Below are positions 47,972 to 56,895 of a stretch of DNA of 64,000 nucleotides, one piece after another. Source of the stretch: an uncultured Gammaproteobacteria bacterium. GTDB lineage: Bacteria > Patescibacteriota > Microgenomatia > UBA12405 > JAHJSD01. Location of the stretch: contig CAZCGQ010000004.1 in NCBI GenBank assembly GCA_964498425.1, positions 24,210 through 88,209 on the forward strand, written 5' to 3'. The notes beneath the pieces were generated by a model. It made no database searches. It had not been told where the DNA came from and was given only the letters and a program-made list of their open reading frames with translations. Every line of letters starts with the position of its first letter. Position 1 is the stretch's first letter. Both the position numbers and the translations under genes were made by a program.

Positions 47972-50098
47972 CTAGCCACTACTTTGTATTTTCTCGCCGA
48001 AGCGCTCCCGGGTGACGCGGATGATTTTATCCCGATTTTTATTATTGCAGTCAGGCAAAGGCAGGGTTTGGGCGTAAAAGGGATTGGATGTTTCCCCGTC
48101 AATACATAATTTTAGTAAAGTTCGGTAGCGCCCCATTGAAACCAAATCATTTTCGGTGAATTCCTCCCCAAATTCGCGTTGGAGAATTTGAGCGTCTTGT
48201 GCACCAACTAAGAAGGAAATAAGGGTTCCAACGTTGCCAAAAATAGCATCGGAAATTTCTCGGTCGAGTTGAGCCATGTATTGATTAGCAACCGTCAAAT
48301 TCAACTTATATTTTCTCGCTTCAGATAGGATGCGGATAAAGGACTTAGTGGCAAAATTTTGGAACTCGTCAACAAAGAGGTAAAAGGGTTTTCTTTCCTC
48401 TTCTGGAATAAAGGCCCGGTTCATTGCAGATAACTGCATTTGGGTGATAATCATTGCCCCGAGCAGAGCGGAATTATCCTCACCAATTTTTCCGGCTGAC
48501 AAATCACAAAGCAAAATTTTTCCCTCGTTCATAAATTCTTCGATATTAATTTTGGAATTTTCCTTGCTGAGAACTCGGCGAATTAAGGGCGAGGAAACAA
48601 ATTGGCCAACTTTATTAAGAATAGGATTAATTGCTTCTTGTTGAAACCTCTGTCCCATTTGGTCATATTCTTCTCGCCAGAAGCGAAGGAGAATCTTGTC
48701 ATCAAGTTTATTAATCATTCTTTCCCGGTATTTCTTGTTAGTTAGTATTCTGATAACACCAGCTAAAGTTGCTCCGCCGACTGAGGTGAGAGTAAGGAGG
48801 GTATTTCTCAAAATATGTTCCATTCTTGGCCCCCAGGAATGACCGTAAAGCTTATGGAAAATAGAAACAATTCCGGAAGCAACTAATTCATGTTGGGCTG
48901 GGTTGTGAACCTCTAAAGGGTTGAGGGGGTAAGCATAATCCGGGTCAGCTGGGTTGAAGAAACAGGTTTCGTTAATCCGTTCACTGGGAATGTAGTCGAG
49001 GAGGATTTTAATTAAGTCTCCGTGGGGATCGACAACGGCAACTCCTTCCCCTTTACGGATGTCCTCGATGGCCATATTCGCCAAGAGCCAGGATTTACCT
49101 GTCCCCGTTTTTCCGATGGTGTAAACGTGACGCGGCCGGTCTTTGCGTTTAATGCCAAAAGTGGTTAGCTGGTTTTTGTATTCAGTTTTTCCAATGAAAG
49201 TAATATCTTTTTTCTCTTTCTCGCTTAACTGGCCGGTTGCCGCCGGTAAATTATCCGGTGGTTCGGAACGTAATTCTTTTCCCCAAGCAATGTTTGGCAG
49301 TTTTATTTTTTCAGTCGGTAGATGCCAGAGTGAAGAAATTTCCTTAATGTTTAAGATTTGGCTGACACCCGTTGGTTGTCGATTAATGATTGCTTGTTCA
49401 ATTTTTCCCTTTAATAACCAACCCGGCGTTTTTTCAGATAAGGAATTAGATGCCGGATCAGTGTAAACACCAAACGAACCGGCTAAAGCATTTAGGGTGG
49501 TTTGTTTGTTGGTCATTAGCCGTAGGTAGGTTTTAAACCCGGGGTGGGCTATTTTTTCCTCAATAAGATTTTTTTGAGGGTGGGGAAGGTAGTTACCTTC
49601 TTCGTTCTTGCCGCCGCCGGTTTCGGCAATGCGGCCAAAATTTGCCTGCCAATTTTTGGAAGCGGGGGCAAGTAAAAGTTGATAAACAAACTTATTTTTT
49701 GGGTCAGCAGATTTAGCCATTGTTGCTAAGATTGAGGAAATTGGGTCGGTTTCTTCAAACTGGTCGGCTGTTTTAATCGGAAAATACTCCGGCGCGTTAA
49801 GATTAAGTTGGGAAAAATAACCGGTACTAAAATTAGGTGGAGAAAATTTTTCAATCAAGGCATCTTTATATTGAGCTAAAAGTTGGGCTTTAAAAAATTC
49901 CAATTTGTCATCAGGAACACCAACAACAAAATAAATTTTTTGGTCAAAACACGTAACTTCTAAGGAATAAACTGGTCCCAGTTTGCCGATAAGCGGAAGA
50001 GTAAAGCCTTTTTCCTTAATTAGGTTGGAAAGAAGGGCGTAGGTCTGCTCAATTTTATATTCGTTTGCCTTAGGTACCCGGATGGCCAAAAACTTCAT
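47972..50098 (-). CDS. VirD4/TraG/TraD-family (T4SS coupling-protein-like, DUF87/AAA-like) ATPase lacking N-terminal TM helices
   Basis: Walker A GKTGTGKSWLLANM followed by VAVVDPHGDL. Walker B FYLFVDEFQNF. C-terminal TraD/TraG-like region. 708 aa. Confidence 0.5.
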   Translation of the reverse strand: MKFLAIRVPKANEYKIEQTYALLSNLIKEKGFTLPLIGKLGPVYSLEVTCFDQKIYFVVGVPDDKLEFFKAQLLAQYKDALIEKFSPPNFSTGYFSQLNLNAPEYFPIKTADQFEETDPISSILATMAKSADPKNKFVYQLLLAPASKNWQANFGRIAETGGGKNEEGNYLPHPQKNLIEEKIAHPGFKTYLRLMTNKQTTLNALAGSFGVYTDPASNSLSEKTPGWLLKGKIEQAIINRQPTGVSQILNIKEISSLWHLPTEKIKLPNIAWGKELRSEPPDNLPAATGQLSEKEKKDITFIGKTEYKNQLTTFGIKRKDRPRHVYTIGKTGTGKSWLLANMAIEDIRKGEGVAVVDPHGDLIKILLDYIPSERINETCFFNPADPDYAYPLNPLEVHNPAQHELVASGIVSIFHKLYGHSWGPRMEHILRNTLLTLTSVGGATLAGVIRILTNKKYRERMINKLDDKILLRFWREEYDQMGQRFQQEAINPILNKVGQFVSSPLIRRVLSKENSKINIEEFMNEGKILLCDLSAGKIGEDNSALLGAMIITQMQLSAMNRAFIPEEERKPFYLFVDEFQNFATKSFIRILSEARKYKLNLTVANQYMAQLDREISDAIFGNVGTLISFLVGAQDAQILQREFGEEFTENDLVSMGRYRTLLKLCIDGETSNPFYAQTLPLPDCNNKNRDKIIRVTRERFGEKIQSSG

Positions 50099-50131
50099 AA
50101 TCTTATTTTAGCATTAGTTGTATATAATTAA

Positions 50132-51781
50132 ATGATGACCAGGTTTTATCGTCCGTTGATAGGTTTGTTTTGTTTAATAGCTTGCTTTTATGTTTTTGGT
50201 CAATTTGCCACGGCAGCTTATCAGAATCACGTTTGTCCGCAAGGAAAGCCTTGGAATGTCCCCGACCCGGATTTGCCGGAATATAATTTCCTTCCAGCTT
50301 TTCCTGGAGCAGAGGGGTATGGGGCAATGACTAAAGGTGGACGAGGAGACGGTAGTCAAACGCCACGCATATTTGTTATTGATAATTTAGCTGATAGCGG
50401 GCCTGGAACATTGCGGGAGTGTATTCAGGCAAGCGGGCCCAGGTTTTGTATTTTTACCGTTTCCGGTTATATTTGGTTGGAGTCCTCCTTAAGGATTGAA
50501 AATCCCTACATCACTATTGATGGGCAAACAGCTCCAGGAGATGGAATAACTATTGCCCGCCAGCCACTTGATATTAAAACTGATGACGTTATCATTCGTT
50601 ATCTAAGGGTAAGGCTTGGAGATTGGGAATGTCAGCTTGATGAAAACGATGACACGATTGAAATTAGTGATTCTAAAAGAGTAATTTTAGATCATGTTTC
50701 TGCCAGCTGGAGTATTGACGAGACATTGTCGGTAGTCGAGGATAAAACCACTGACAACATTACTATTCAATGGTCATTTATTACGGAAAGTTTAAATGAC
50801 TCCTGTCATGATGAGGGAGAACACGGAATGGGGTCAATATTAGGTGGAGATATGGAAAGATATCAGGGAATAACTGTCCATCATTCGCTCTACGCTCATC
50901 ATCGGAATCGAAGTCCCAAGTTTGCTTCAGAATCAAGCCCGCCATCTCCGCCCATTTTTGATTTTCGAAATAATGTTATTTATAACTGGCAGACTAACTC
51001 CGCCTATACTAGTTCTGATCAGTGTACGATGATTAACTATGTTGGAAACTACCTTAAATATGGGCCTAACACGCCGGACAAAAAACGTACAACTGCTCTT
51101 GCTTCCGGGGGAATAGGAACAAATGTTTATTTAAGTAATAATTATCTGTACGAACGAGGGGATATTGGTTGGCAGATGATCGAGGGGAATGCAACCAAGC
51201 TAGAATCGGCAATACCGGTATATTCCGTGACAACCACAGATCCTCAAACCGCTTACACTCAGGTTTTAGCTCAAGCCGGGGCAAGTTTACCCAATAGGGA
51301 TGAGGTTGATAGGCGAATAGTTAACGAGGTGCGTAATCGAGGGGGTAGAATAATTGATTCTCAAAGCCAAGTAGGTGGTTGGCCGAATTTGCATTCGGCT
51401 TCTGCCTCGCTAGATTCTGATAACGATGGTCTGCCGGATGAGTGGGAAAATCTGTATGGGCTAAACCCCAACAATGCCGGGGATAATGTGATTGATAGTG
51501 ATGGTGACGGTTATTTAAATATTGAAGAATACCTTAATGGGACTGTGCCCGCTCAGCCGACGCCGACGCCGGTTGAAAGTTGTTTGTTAGGCGACAGTGA
51601 TTGTAATCAAAAGGTTGAATTTGGCGATTATTCAGCTTGGAGGACGGCTAATTGGGATTGGGTTTCTGGTGATACTGGCGATTGTTTAGGCAGTGGTAAA
51701 AGTATCTACGGGGATGCCAGCTGTGACGGGAGGGTTAACAACTTTGATTTTTCTATTTGGCGGTCGGAGATGTTTGACTAG
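50132..51781 (+). CDS. Secreted pectate-lyase-fold (right-handed beta-helix) protein with thrombospondin-type-3 Ca-binding repeats and dockerin-like C-terminal repeats
   Basis: N-terminal signal/TM. PelC-like block SGPGTLRECIQASGPRFCIFTVSGYIWLESSLRIENPYITIDGQTAPG. TSP3-like DSDNDGLPDEWE...DSDGDGYLNIEEY. Two dockerin-like segments: GDSDCNQKVEFGDYSAW and GDASCDGRVNNFDFSIW. Confidence 0.55.
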   Translation: MMTRFYRPLIGLFCLIACFYVFGQFATAAYQNHVCPQGKPWNVPDPDLPEYNFLPAFPGAEGYGAMTKGGRGDGSQTPRIFVIDNLADSGPGTLRECIQASGPRFCIFTVSGYIWLESSLRIENPYITIDGQTAPGDGITIARQPLDIKTDDVIIRYLRVRLGDWECQLDENDDTIEISDSKRVILDHVSASWSIDETLSVVEDKTTDNITIQWSFITESLNDSCHDEGEHGMGSILGGDMERYQGITVHHSLYAHHRNRSPKFASESSPPSPPIFDFRNNVIYNWQTNSAYTSSDQCTMINYVGNYLKYGPNTPDKKRTTALASGGIGTNVYLSNNYLYERGDIGWQMIEGNATKLESAIPVYSVTTTDPQTAYTQVLAQAGASLPNRDEVDRRIVNEVRNRGGRIIDSQSQVGGWPNLHSASASLDSDNDGLPDEWENLYGLNPNNAGDNVIDSDGDGYLNIEEYLNGTVPAQPTPTPVESCLLGDSDCNQKVEFGDYSAWRTANWDWVSGDTGDCLGSGKSIYGDASCDGRVNNFDFSIWRSEMFD

Positions 51782-51975
51782 CTGATTCCTTGACATTAAT
51801 AGGGGGGTTTGGTATAAACAGCTTAGCCTCAAAGAAAAGTATTTTGTGTTTAGAACTTTGAACTTAGAACTTAGTGAATTTCAACCAGTAACCACTTTTA
51901 TTTTATGGCGAGCTCTTATTGAATAGATCGGAAAAAAAATTATTAAAAATTACATATTAAGCAAATTATAAAGAT

Positions 51976-53247
51976 ATGCCTCAGAAAAATGATTCTCAAA
52001 TTGTAACTGCAGATGATGTCGACGCTAAAAGTAAAGAAACTAAGGATTTAGATAGCAAAGACATTAAGAATAAGGAAGAAAAAAAAGAAGATTTACTAGA
52101 AGTAGATGGTCGGATTATCCCTGATGCCGGGGTACCAACTGATTATCGAGAGGGCGTTTTGGATACTCAACCCAAAGGGCACGGTTTCCTACGGCCGAGT
52201 TATACCCCGACTAGAGAAGACATTTATATTTCCAATTCCCAGATTCGGCGGTTTAAACTGCGTGAAGGTGATATGGTTGGCGGTCAGGTTCGGGAACCGA
52301 AGGAAAATGAGCGTTATCACGGTTTACTTAAGGTAGAAAAAATTAATGGGAAGAGTTTAGATAAAGTTGGTGACCGGCCTTGGTTTGATAAGCTTACTCC
52401 GGTTTATCCTCAGCCTCAAATTAAACTGGAAACTAAATCGGACAAGTTAACTACTCGGATGATGGATTTGGTTGCTCCGATTGGTTTTGGTCAACGTGGA
52501 ATGATTGTTTCTCCGCCAAAAGCAGGGAAAACATGGTTGTTAAAGGACATGGCAGAGGGTATATCCGCTAATCATCCTGATGTTCATTTAATGGCGGTAT
52601 TGATTGCCGAGCGACCTGAAGAAGTAACCGATATTAGACGGTCAGTTAAAGGGGAAGTTATTGCCAGTAACTTTGACGAGAACCCCATACAGCAAACTCG
52701 GGCGGCAGAGATGGCTCTTGCCCGGGCAAAAAGGTTAGTTGAAATGGGCAAGGATGTATTTATTTTGCTGGATTCAATTACTCGGTTGGCTCGGGCGTAT
52801 AACCTAGTTACACCGACTTCTGGAAGAACTCTTTCCGGAGGATTTGATCCGGCTGCTTTGTCTCCGGCTAAGCAATTTCTTGGCGCAGCCCGGAAAATTG
52901 AAAACGACGGGTCGTTGACAATAATTGGAACAGCCTTAGTTCAAACGGACAGCCGAATGGATGATTTAATTTATGAAGAATTCAAGGGAACCGGGAATAT
53001 GGAATTGCACCTAGACAGAGGGTTAGCCGAGAGGCGAATCTTTCCAGCAATTGATATTCAACGGTCCGGGACGCGAAAAGAAGAACTTCTCTTTGGAGAT
53101 GACAAAATGAAGGCTGTACGGAGAATGCGCCGGATGATTGATCTTCTTGGTGAGGAAGAAAGAACCGAAGCCTTTGTTCAAAAGCTCGAAAAAACCAAAA
53201 GCAATGAGGATTTTCTCACGGAGATACTTGAAGCCTCTGAACTATAA
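51976..53247 (+). CDS. rho: Transcription termination factor Rho
   Basis: RNA-binding OB region (RFKLREGDMVGGQVR), Walker A GQRGMIVSPPKAGKTWLL, Q and R loops. 423 aa. Confidence 0.85.
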   Translation: MPQKNDSQIVTADDVDAKSKETKDLDSKDIKNKEEKKEDLLEVDGRIIPDAGVPTDYREGVLDTQPKGHGFLRPSYTPTREDIYISNSQIRRFKLREGDMVGGQVREPKENERYHGLLKVEKINGKSLDKVGDRPWFDKLTPVYPQPQIKLETKSDKLTTRMMDLVAPIGFGQRGMIVSPPKAGKTWLLKDMAEGISANHPDVHLMAVLIAERPEEVTDIRRSVKGEVIASNFDENPIQQTRAAEMALARAKRLVEMGKDVFILLDSITRLARAYNLVTPTSGRTLSGGFDPAALSPAKQFLGAARKIENDGSLTIIGTALVQTDSRMDDLIYEEFKGTGNMELHLDRGLAERRIFPAIDIQRSGTRKEELLFGDDKMKAVRRMRRMIDLLGEEERTEAFVQKLEKTKSNEDFLTEILEASEL

Positions 53248-53264
53248 AATTAAACAATAAAACC

Positions 53265-54374
53265 ATGGAAATCGTTAATGATGTCCAGGACCAGTTAAAG
53301 CTTTTGGGAAAGGATTTAGGCGCTTTCTTTTCCGCCTATTTTAATTTCATTAAAAACTTTCTTGCAGGTTTATTTTGGAATTTTGAATCAGTCAAGAATT
53401 TCTTTTCTGGTTTGCTTTATCGAAAAAGGGGTCGTTGGGCAAGACCGTTTGCCCATTTTTTTCTCGGCCTGTTTATTTTCCTTGGAATTACCCTAACCCC
53501 TCGAATTGAAAGAGCGCTAGAAAGTGAAGATATTCAGTGGAATACATATTCTCCTAGTTCGGCTTATGCGACCTACAATCAAAATGATAAAAGTGTTACA
53601 ACAATAGAATCCTCACATCAACGTGGTGAAATTATTACCTATGTTGTTAGAAAGGGAGATACGGTTTCATCAATAGCTGAGAAGTTCGGTGTTTCCATTG
53701 AAACAATTATTTGGGCTAATGACATTAGTTCGGTTACTAAAATTAAAAGCGGACAAAGACTGAAAATTCCTCCGGTTACTGGAATTGTTCACGAAGTTCA
53801 ACGAGGAGAAACGGTTTATTCAATAGCTGAAAAATTTGAGGCAAATCCTCAGGCAATTGTTGATTTTCCCTTTAATTCCTTTGCCAATGATGAAACCTTT
53901 GCTTTAGCAGTTGGTCAGTCATTAATAGTTCCAGATGGAGTTAAGCCTAAGGCCCGGCCGGCAGCTCCTCGACCGACTTCATATTTGGCCCAAGCCGATG
54001 TTCAAACCGGCGGAGGCGGGACATTTATCTGGCCAACAAGTGGACAGATTACCCAGCGTTATGTTTGGTATCACCGTGGTTTAGATATTGCTAATAAAAG
54101 TGGTCCGGCCATCGTTGCTGCTCGGGCTGGCCGCATTTCCGCTGTTATTTACGGCCGATACGGTTACGGAAATCATGTTGTTGTTGATCATGGAGACGGT
54201 TACCAGACACTGTACGGCCACATGAATCGGATTTATGTTCAGGCTAACCAGCAGGTATCGGCTGGACAAGCGTTGGGGCAAATGGGCTCAACCGGTCGAT
54301 CAACTGGCACTCACTTGCATTTCGAAGTAATTCAGAATGGAGTTAAACTTAATCCGTTAAGTGTTTTGAAATAA
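53265..54374 (+). CDS. LysM-domain M23 family peptidoglycan endopeptidase
   Basis: Two LysM repeats (YVVRKGDTVSSIAEKFGVSIETIIWAN, HEVQRGETVYSIAEKFEANPQAI) and the M23 signature HxxxD...HLHFEV. Confidence 0.75.
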   Translation: MEIVNDVQDQLKLLGKDLGAFFSAYFNFIKNFLAGLFWNFESVKNFFSGLLYRKRGRWARPFAHFFLGLFIFLGITLTPRIERALESEDIQWNTYSPSSAYATYNQNDKSVTTIESSHQRGEIITYVVRKGDTVSSIAEKFGVSIETIIWANDISSVTKIKSGQRLKIPPVTGIVHEVQRGETVYSIAEKFEANPQAIVDFPFNSFANDETFALAVGQSLIVPDGVKPKARPAAPRPTSYLAQADVQTGGGGTFIWPTSGQITQRYVWYHRGLDIANKSGPAIVAARAGRISAVIYGRYGYGNHVVVDHGDGYQTLYGHMNRIYVQANQQVSAGQALGQMGSTGRSTGTHLHFEVIQNGVKLNPLSVLK

Positions 54375-54375
54375 T

Positions 54376-54678
54376 TTACCCGGCAACGCTTATTCCAAAC
54401 AAAAGTTCGGCAATTTGGAGAATAAAAAAGGCGCTGAGAATAATAATGAAACCGACCAAAGCATAGGTGATGCGATTGGTTCCTCTTTTGATTCCTTCGG
54501 GATTACCGCCGGAAGTGAGTAGGTCAAACCCGCCAGCAATTAGAAAACCAAGGAGGGCAATGCCGGCAATGACAATGGCATAATTGAGGGCTTCAGTTAC
54601 TATTTGACCAAGAGTAGAAGAACCAAATTTGAAATTTGCAGGATAATTAGGTAAATTTACTTGGGCGTAAGCTTTCAT
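54376..54678 (-). CDS. Small two-TM membrane protein, VirB2/TrbC-pilin-like (paralog A)
   Basis: 100 aa. Two hydrophobic helices separated by a TSGGNPEGIKRG loop. Confidence 0.35.
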   Translation of the reverse strand: MKAYAQVNLPNYPANFKFGSSTLGQIVTEALNYAIVIAGIALLGFLIAGGFDLLTSGGNPEGIKRGTNRITYALVGFIIILSAFFILQIAELLFGISVAG

Positions 54679-54992
54679 TATTGTAAACCTGGGATGTGTA
54701 AAATATCAATACCAATTAATTCTAGAATGAACAAGGAAAAAATAGCAAAAACCAAACCGGCAATGGCACTGGTTATTGTTTCCTGGCCAGCTTGAAGTTT
54801 TTCCTGGTTGCCGCCGGAGGTAATGACTAAAAACCCGCCGTATATCATTAATAAAAAAGCAATTCCGCCCATTATTCCTAACAATCGAGGAAACAACCAT
54901 TCGACAAAAACATTGCCGTCTGAAATTGGTATGCAGCCAATTGCGGTATTAATGTGTGAATCTCCGCCGGGACAAAATGGATCAACAGCCAT
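54678..54992 (-). CDS. Small two-TM membrane protein, VirB2/TrbC-pilin-like (paralog B)
   Basis: 104 aa. Two hydrophobic helices separated by a TSGGNQEKLQAG loop. Tandem to paralog A with a 1-nt overlap. Confidence 0.35.
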   Translation of the reverse strand: MAVDPFCPGGDSHINTAIGCIPISDGNVFVEWLFPRLLGIMGGIAFLLMIYGGFLVITSGGNQEKLQAGQETITSAIAGLVFAIFSLFILELIGIDILHIPGLQ

Positions 54993-56863
54993 GGTTGAAT
55001 TATAGCCAAGCTTTGTTTACTTCACAAGTATGTTCTATAATGACTTTAATGAAATTCCAGACCGAAGTTAAGCAGGTTTTGGGTACGCCGGACCAAGGCG
55101 CGTGGAGTCAAGTCCATCACTTTATCCCCAATCAAGAAGAAAAGTTTCTTAAACGTGGGGAATTGATTCTTTTGGTAAGTTTAGGAGAAATAGATGAGGA
55201 ACAACCAACAGCGAGCGTGGGCAGGGAAATTATATCGCGGTTTCATGAGGAATATTACGGCTCACTTGATAAAAAACCAATGGCAGCGTTGGAAGAGGCA
55301 GTTAATAAAGTTGCTAAGGAAAAATCGCAATATTTTGACAAGCCGGAAGAAATAAGTTTAATCAGCTTGGCTCTTTGGAAAAATATTGCTTATTTAGTTG
55401 TTTATCATCGAGGGAAAATTCTTCTTCGTCGGCAGGGAAAAACGGTGGATTTAGTTCAAACTGAAAATGGCCAGCCAATATCTGCTTCTGGCTTTATTCA
55501 ACCGGGCGATATTTTTATTTTAGGTACAACGGATTTTTTTGAAAAAATGCCGCAAACAATGATCCCATCAGGTATAGCTACCGAAGATATTGAGAGGATG
55601 TCAGAAATATGGGGGCCGGTTGTTCATGCGCGTGAAGATCAAGGTCGATTGGGAGTAGTGATGATTGAAATTGGAGCGGAGGAAAAAAAGATTGAGTTTG
55701 TTTCCGCTGATATGGAGGATAAGCCAAAGAAAATCAAAAAAAAACCAAAGTTGAAACTGCCTAAAATTAAGTTTGGTTGGTTGACAGGTTTCTTTAAAAA
55801 AATTTCAGGTTTATCAATTGCCATTGGTTTTTTAGCTTTGCTTGGTATTTCTATTTTTTTTGGCTGGAAAAAGCGTCGAGACCAAAAAAGATTAGATCAA
55901 GTGTCGGTTTTATCCACCCAAGTTGAGGAGAAGATTTCTAATGCCAATTCCATTCGAAATTTGGATCCAGAAGAGAGTATCAATTTGCTAAATCAGGCTG
56001 GTGAAATTAATCAGGAGCTTAAGGCTTATTCTCCGGCTCAAGCTAATACATATAAGCAAAGAATAGAGGAAATAAAGAGTAATTTGGGAGAAAAGGCTTT
56101 ATCTCCGGAGATGTTTTATGATTTGCATTTGGTTGCGGAGGGTATTGAAATTTCCTCGGTTTATACTGCTGATCAACAGGCTACAATTTTGGATACAAAG
56201 GGAAAGCGGTTGATTAGTGTTAATTTGTCTGATAAATCCGCCGAAATTGTTGCCGGCGGGGAGCCCCTCTCGCAATCAGGTTTAGTTGTAACATCTACGG
56301 ATAGAAATTATATCGTTACTGACAATATTTATTGGATTGATGATGAAGAAGTTGAGGAGTTAATTGACTTGGAAGATGATTATGAGCCGCAGTCAGCAGA
56401 TGGTTGGTTGGGGTCGCTTTATTTGCTTGACCGTGGGCAGGAGGAAATTTGGAAATTTCCCTCAATTACCGGGGGCTTAGGTGACGCGCGGCCTTGGCTA
56501 AATTCTAAGAGCGGTTTAGATTTTGATCAGCTTGTTGATATGGCGATTGACAGTAATATTTGGTTGTTGAGTAAAAATGGTCAGATTTATAAGTATTTGT
56601 CTGGGAACAGACAGGACTTGGAAATGGAAACACCTTCGGGGATTGGTGAGGCTAGATATTTAGCTCTTGCTGATGAAGCAGAAAGACTTGCTCTTTGGGA
56701 TAAAGGAAGCAAGATCGTTTGGCTTTTTTCAAAGCAGGGAACATTTTTAGCCCGCCAGCCGGTAGAAATGGAGAGTGTTCGGGGATTAGCGATTTCCTCT
56801 GACGGGACAGAAGTCTTTTTGTTTGGAGCTGATAAAATATACCGGGTTGAATTTCAATTGTAG
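54956..56863 (+). CDS. Hypothetical membrane protein (N-terminal domain vaguely PP2C/SpoIIE-like, central TM, C-terminal beta-rich domain)
   Basis: 635-aa ORF. Single TM GLSIAIGFLALLGISIFFGW mid-protein. The true start is probably downstream of 54956 (the 5' end overlaps the minus-strand gene). Confidence 0.3.
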   Translation: MNLRRDKMDQQPWLNYSQALFTSQVCSIMTLMKFQTEVKQVLGTPDQGAWSQVHHFIPNQEEKFLKRGELILLVSLGEIDEEQPTASVGREIISRFHEEYYGSLDKKPMAALEEAVNKVAKEKSQYFDKPEEISLISLALWKNIAYLVVYHRGKILLRRQGKTVDLVQTENGQPISASGFIQPGDIFILGTTDFFEKMPQTMIPSGIATEDIERMSEIWGPVVHAREDQGRLGVVMIEIGAEEKKIEFVSADMEDKPKKIKKKPKLKLPKIKFGWLTGFFKKISGLSIAIGFLALLGISIFFGWKKRRDQKRLDQVSVLSTQVEEKISNANSIRNLDPEESINLLNQAGEINQELKAYSPAQANTYKQRIEEIKSNLGEKALSPEMFYDLHLVAEGIEISSVYTADQQATILDTKGKRLISVNLSDKSAEIVAGGEPLSQSGLVVTSTDRNYIVTDNIYWIDDEEVEELIDLEDDYEPQSADGWLGSLYLLDRGQEEIWKFPSITGGLGDARPWLNSKSGLDFDQLVDMAIDSNIWLLSKNGQIYKYLSGNRQDLEMETPSGIGEARYLALADEAERLALWDKGSKIVWLFSKQGTFLARQPVEMESVRGLAISSDGTEVFLFGADKIYRVEFQL

Positions 56864-56886
56864 GGACAATAGTAGGATTGTCCCTG
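56861..56886. repeat. Palindrome TAGGGACAAT-agtag-GATTGTCCCT (copy 1 of 3) at the junction between the hypothetical gene and the SpoIID-like gene
   Basis: tagggacaatagtaggattgtccctg. Related to the perfect 28-bp palindrome at 60569-60596. Confidence 0.6.
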
Positions 56887-56895
56887 CGCATAACA

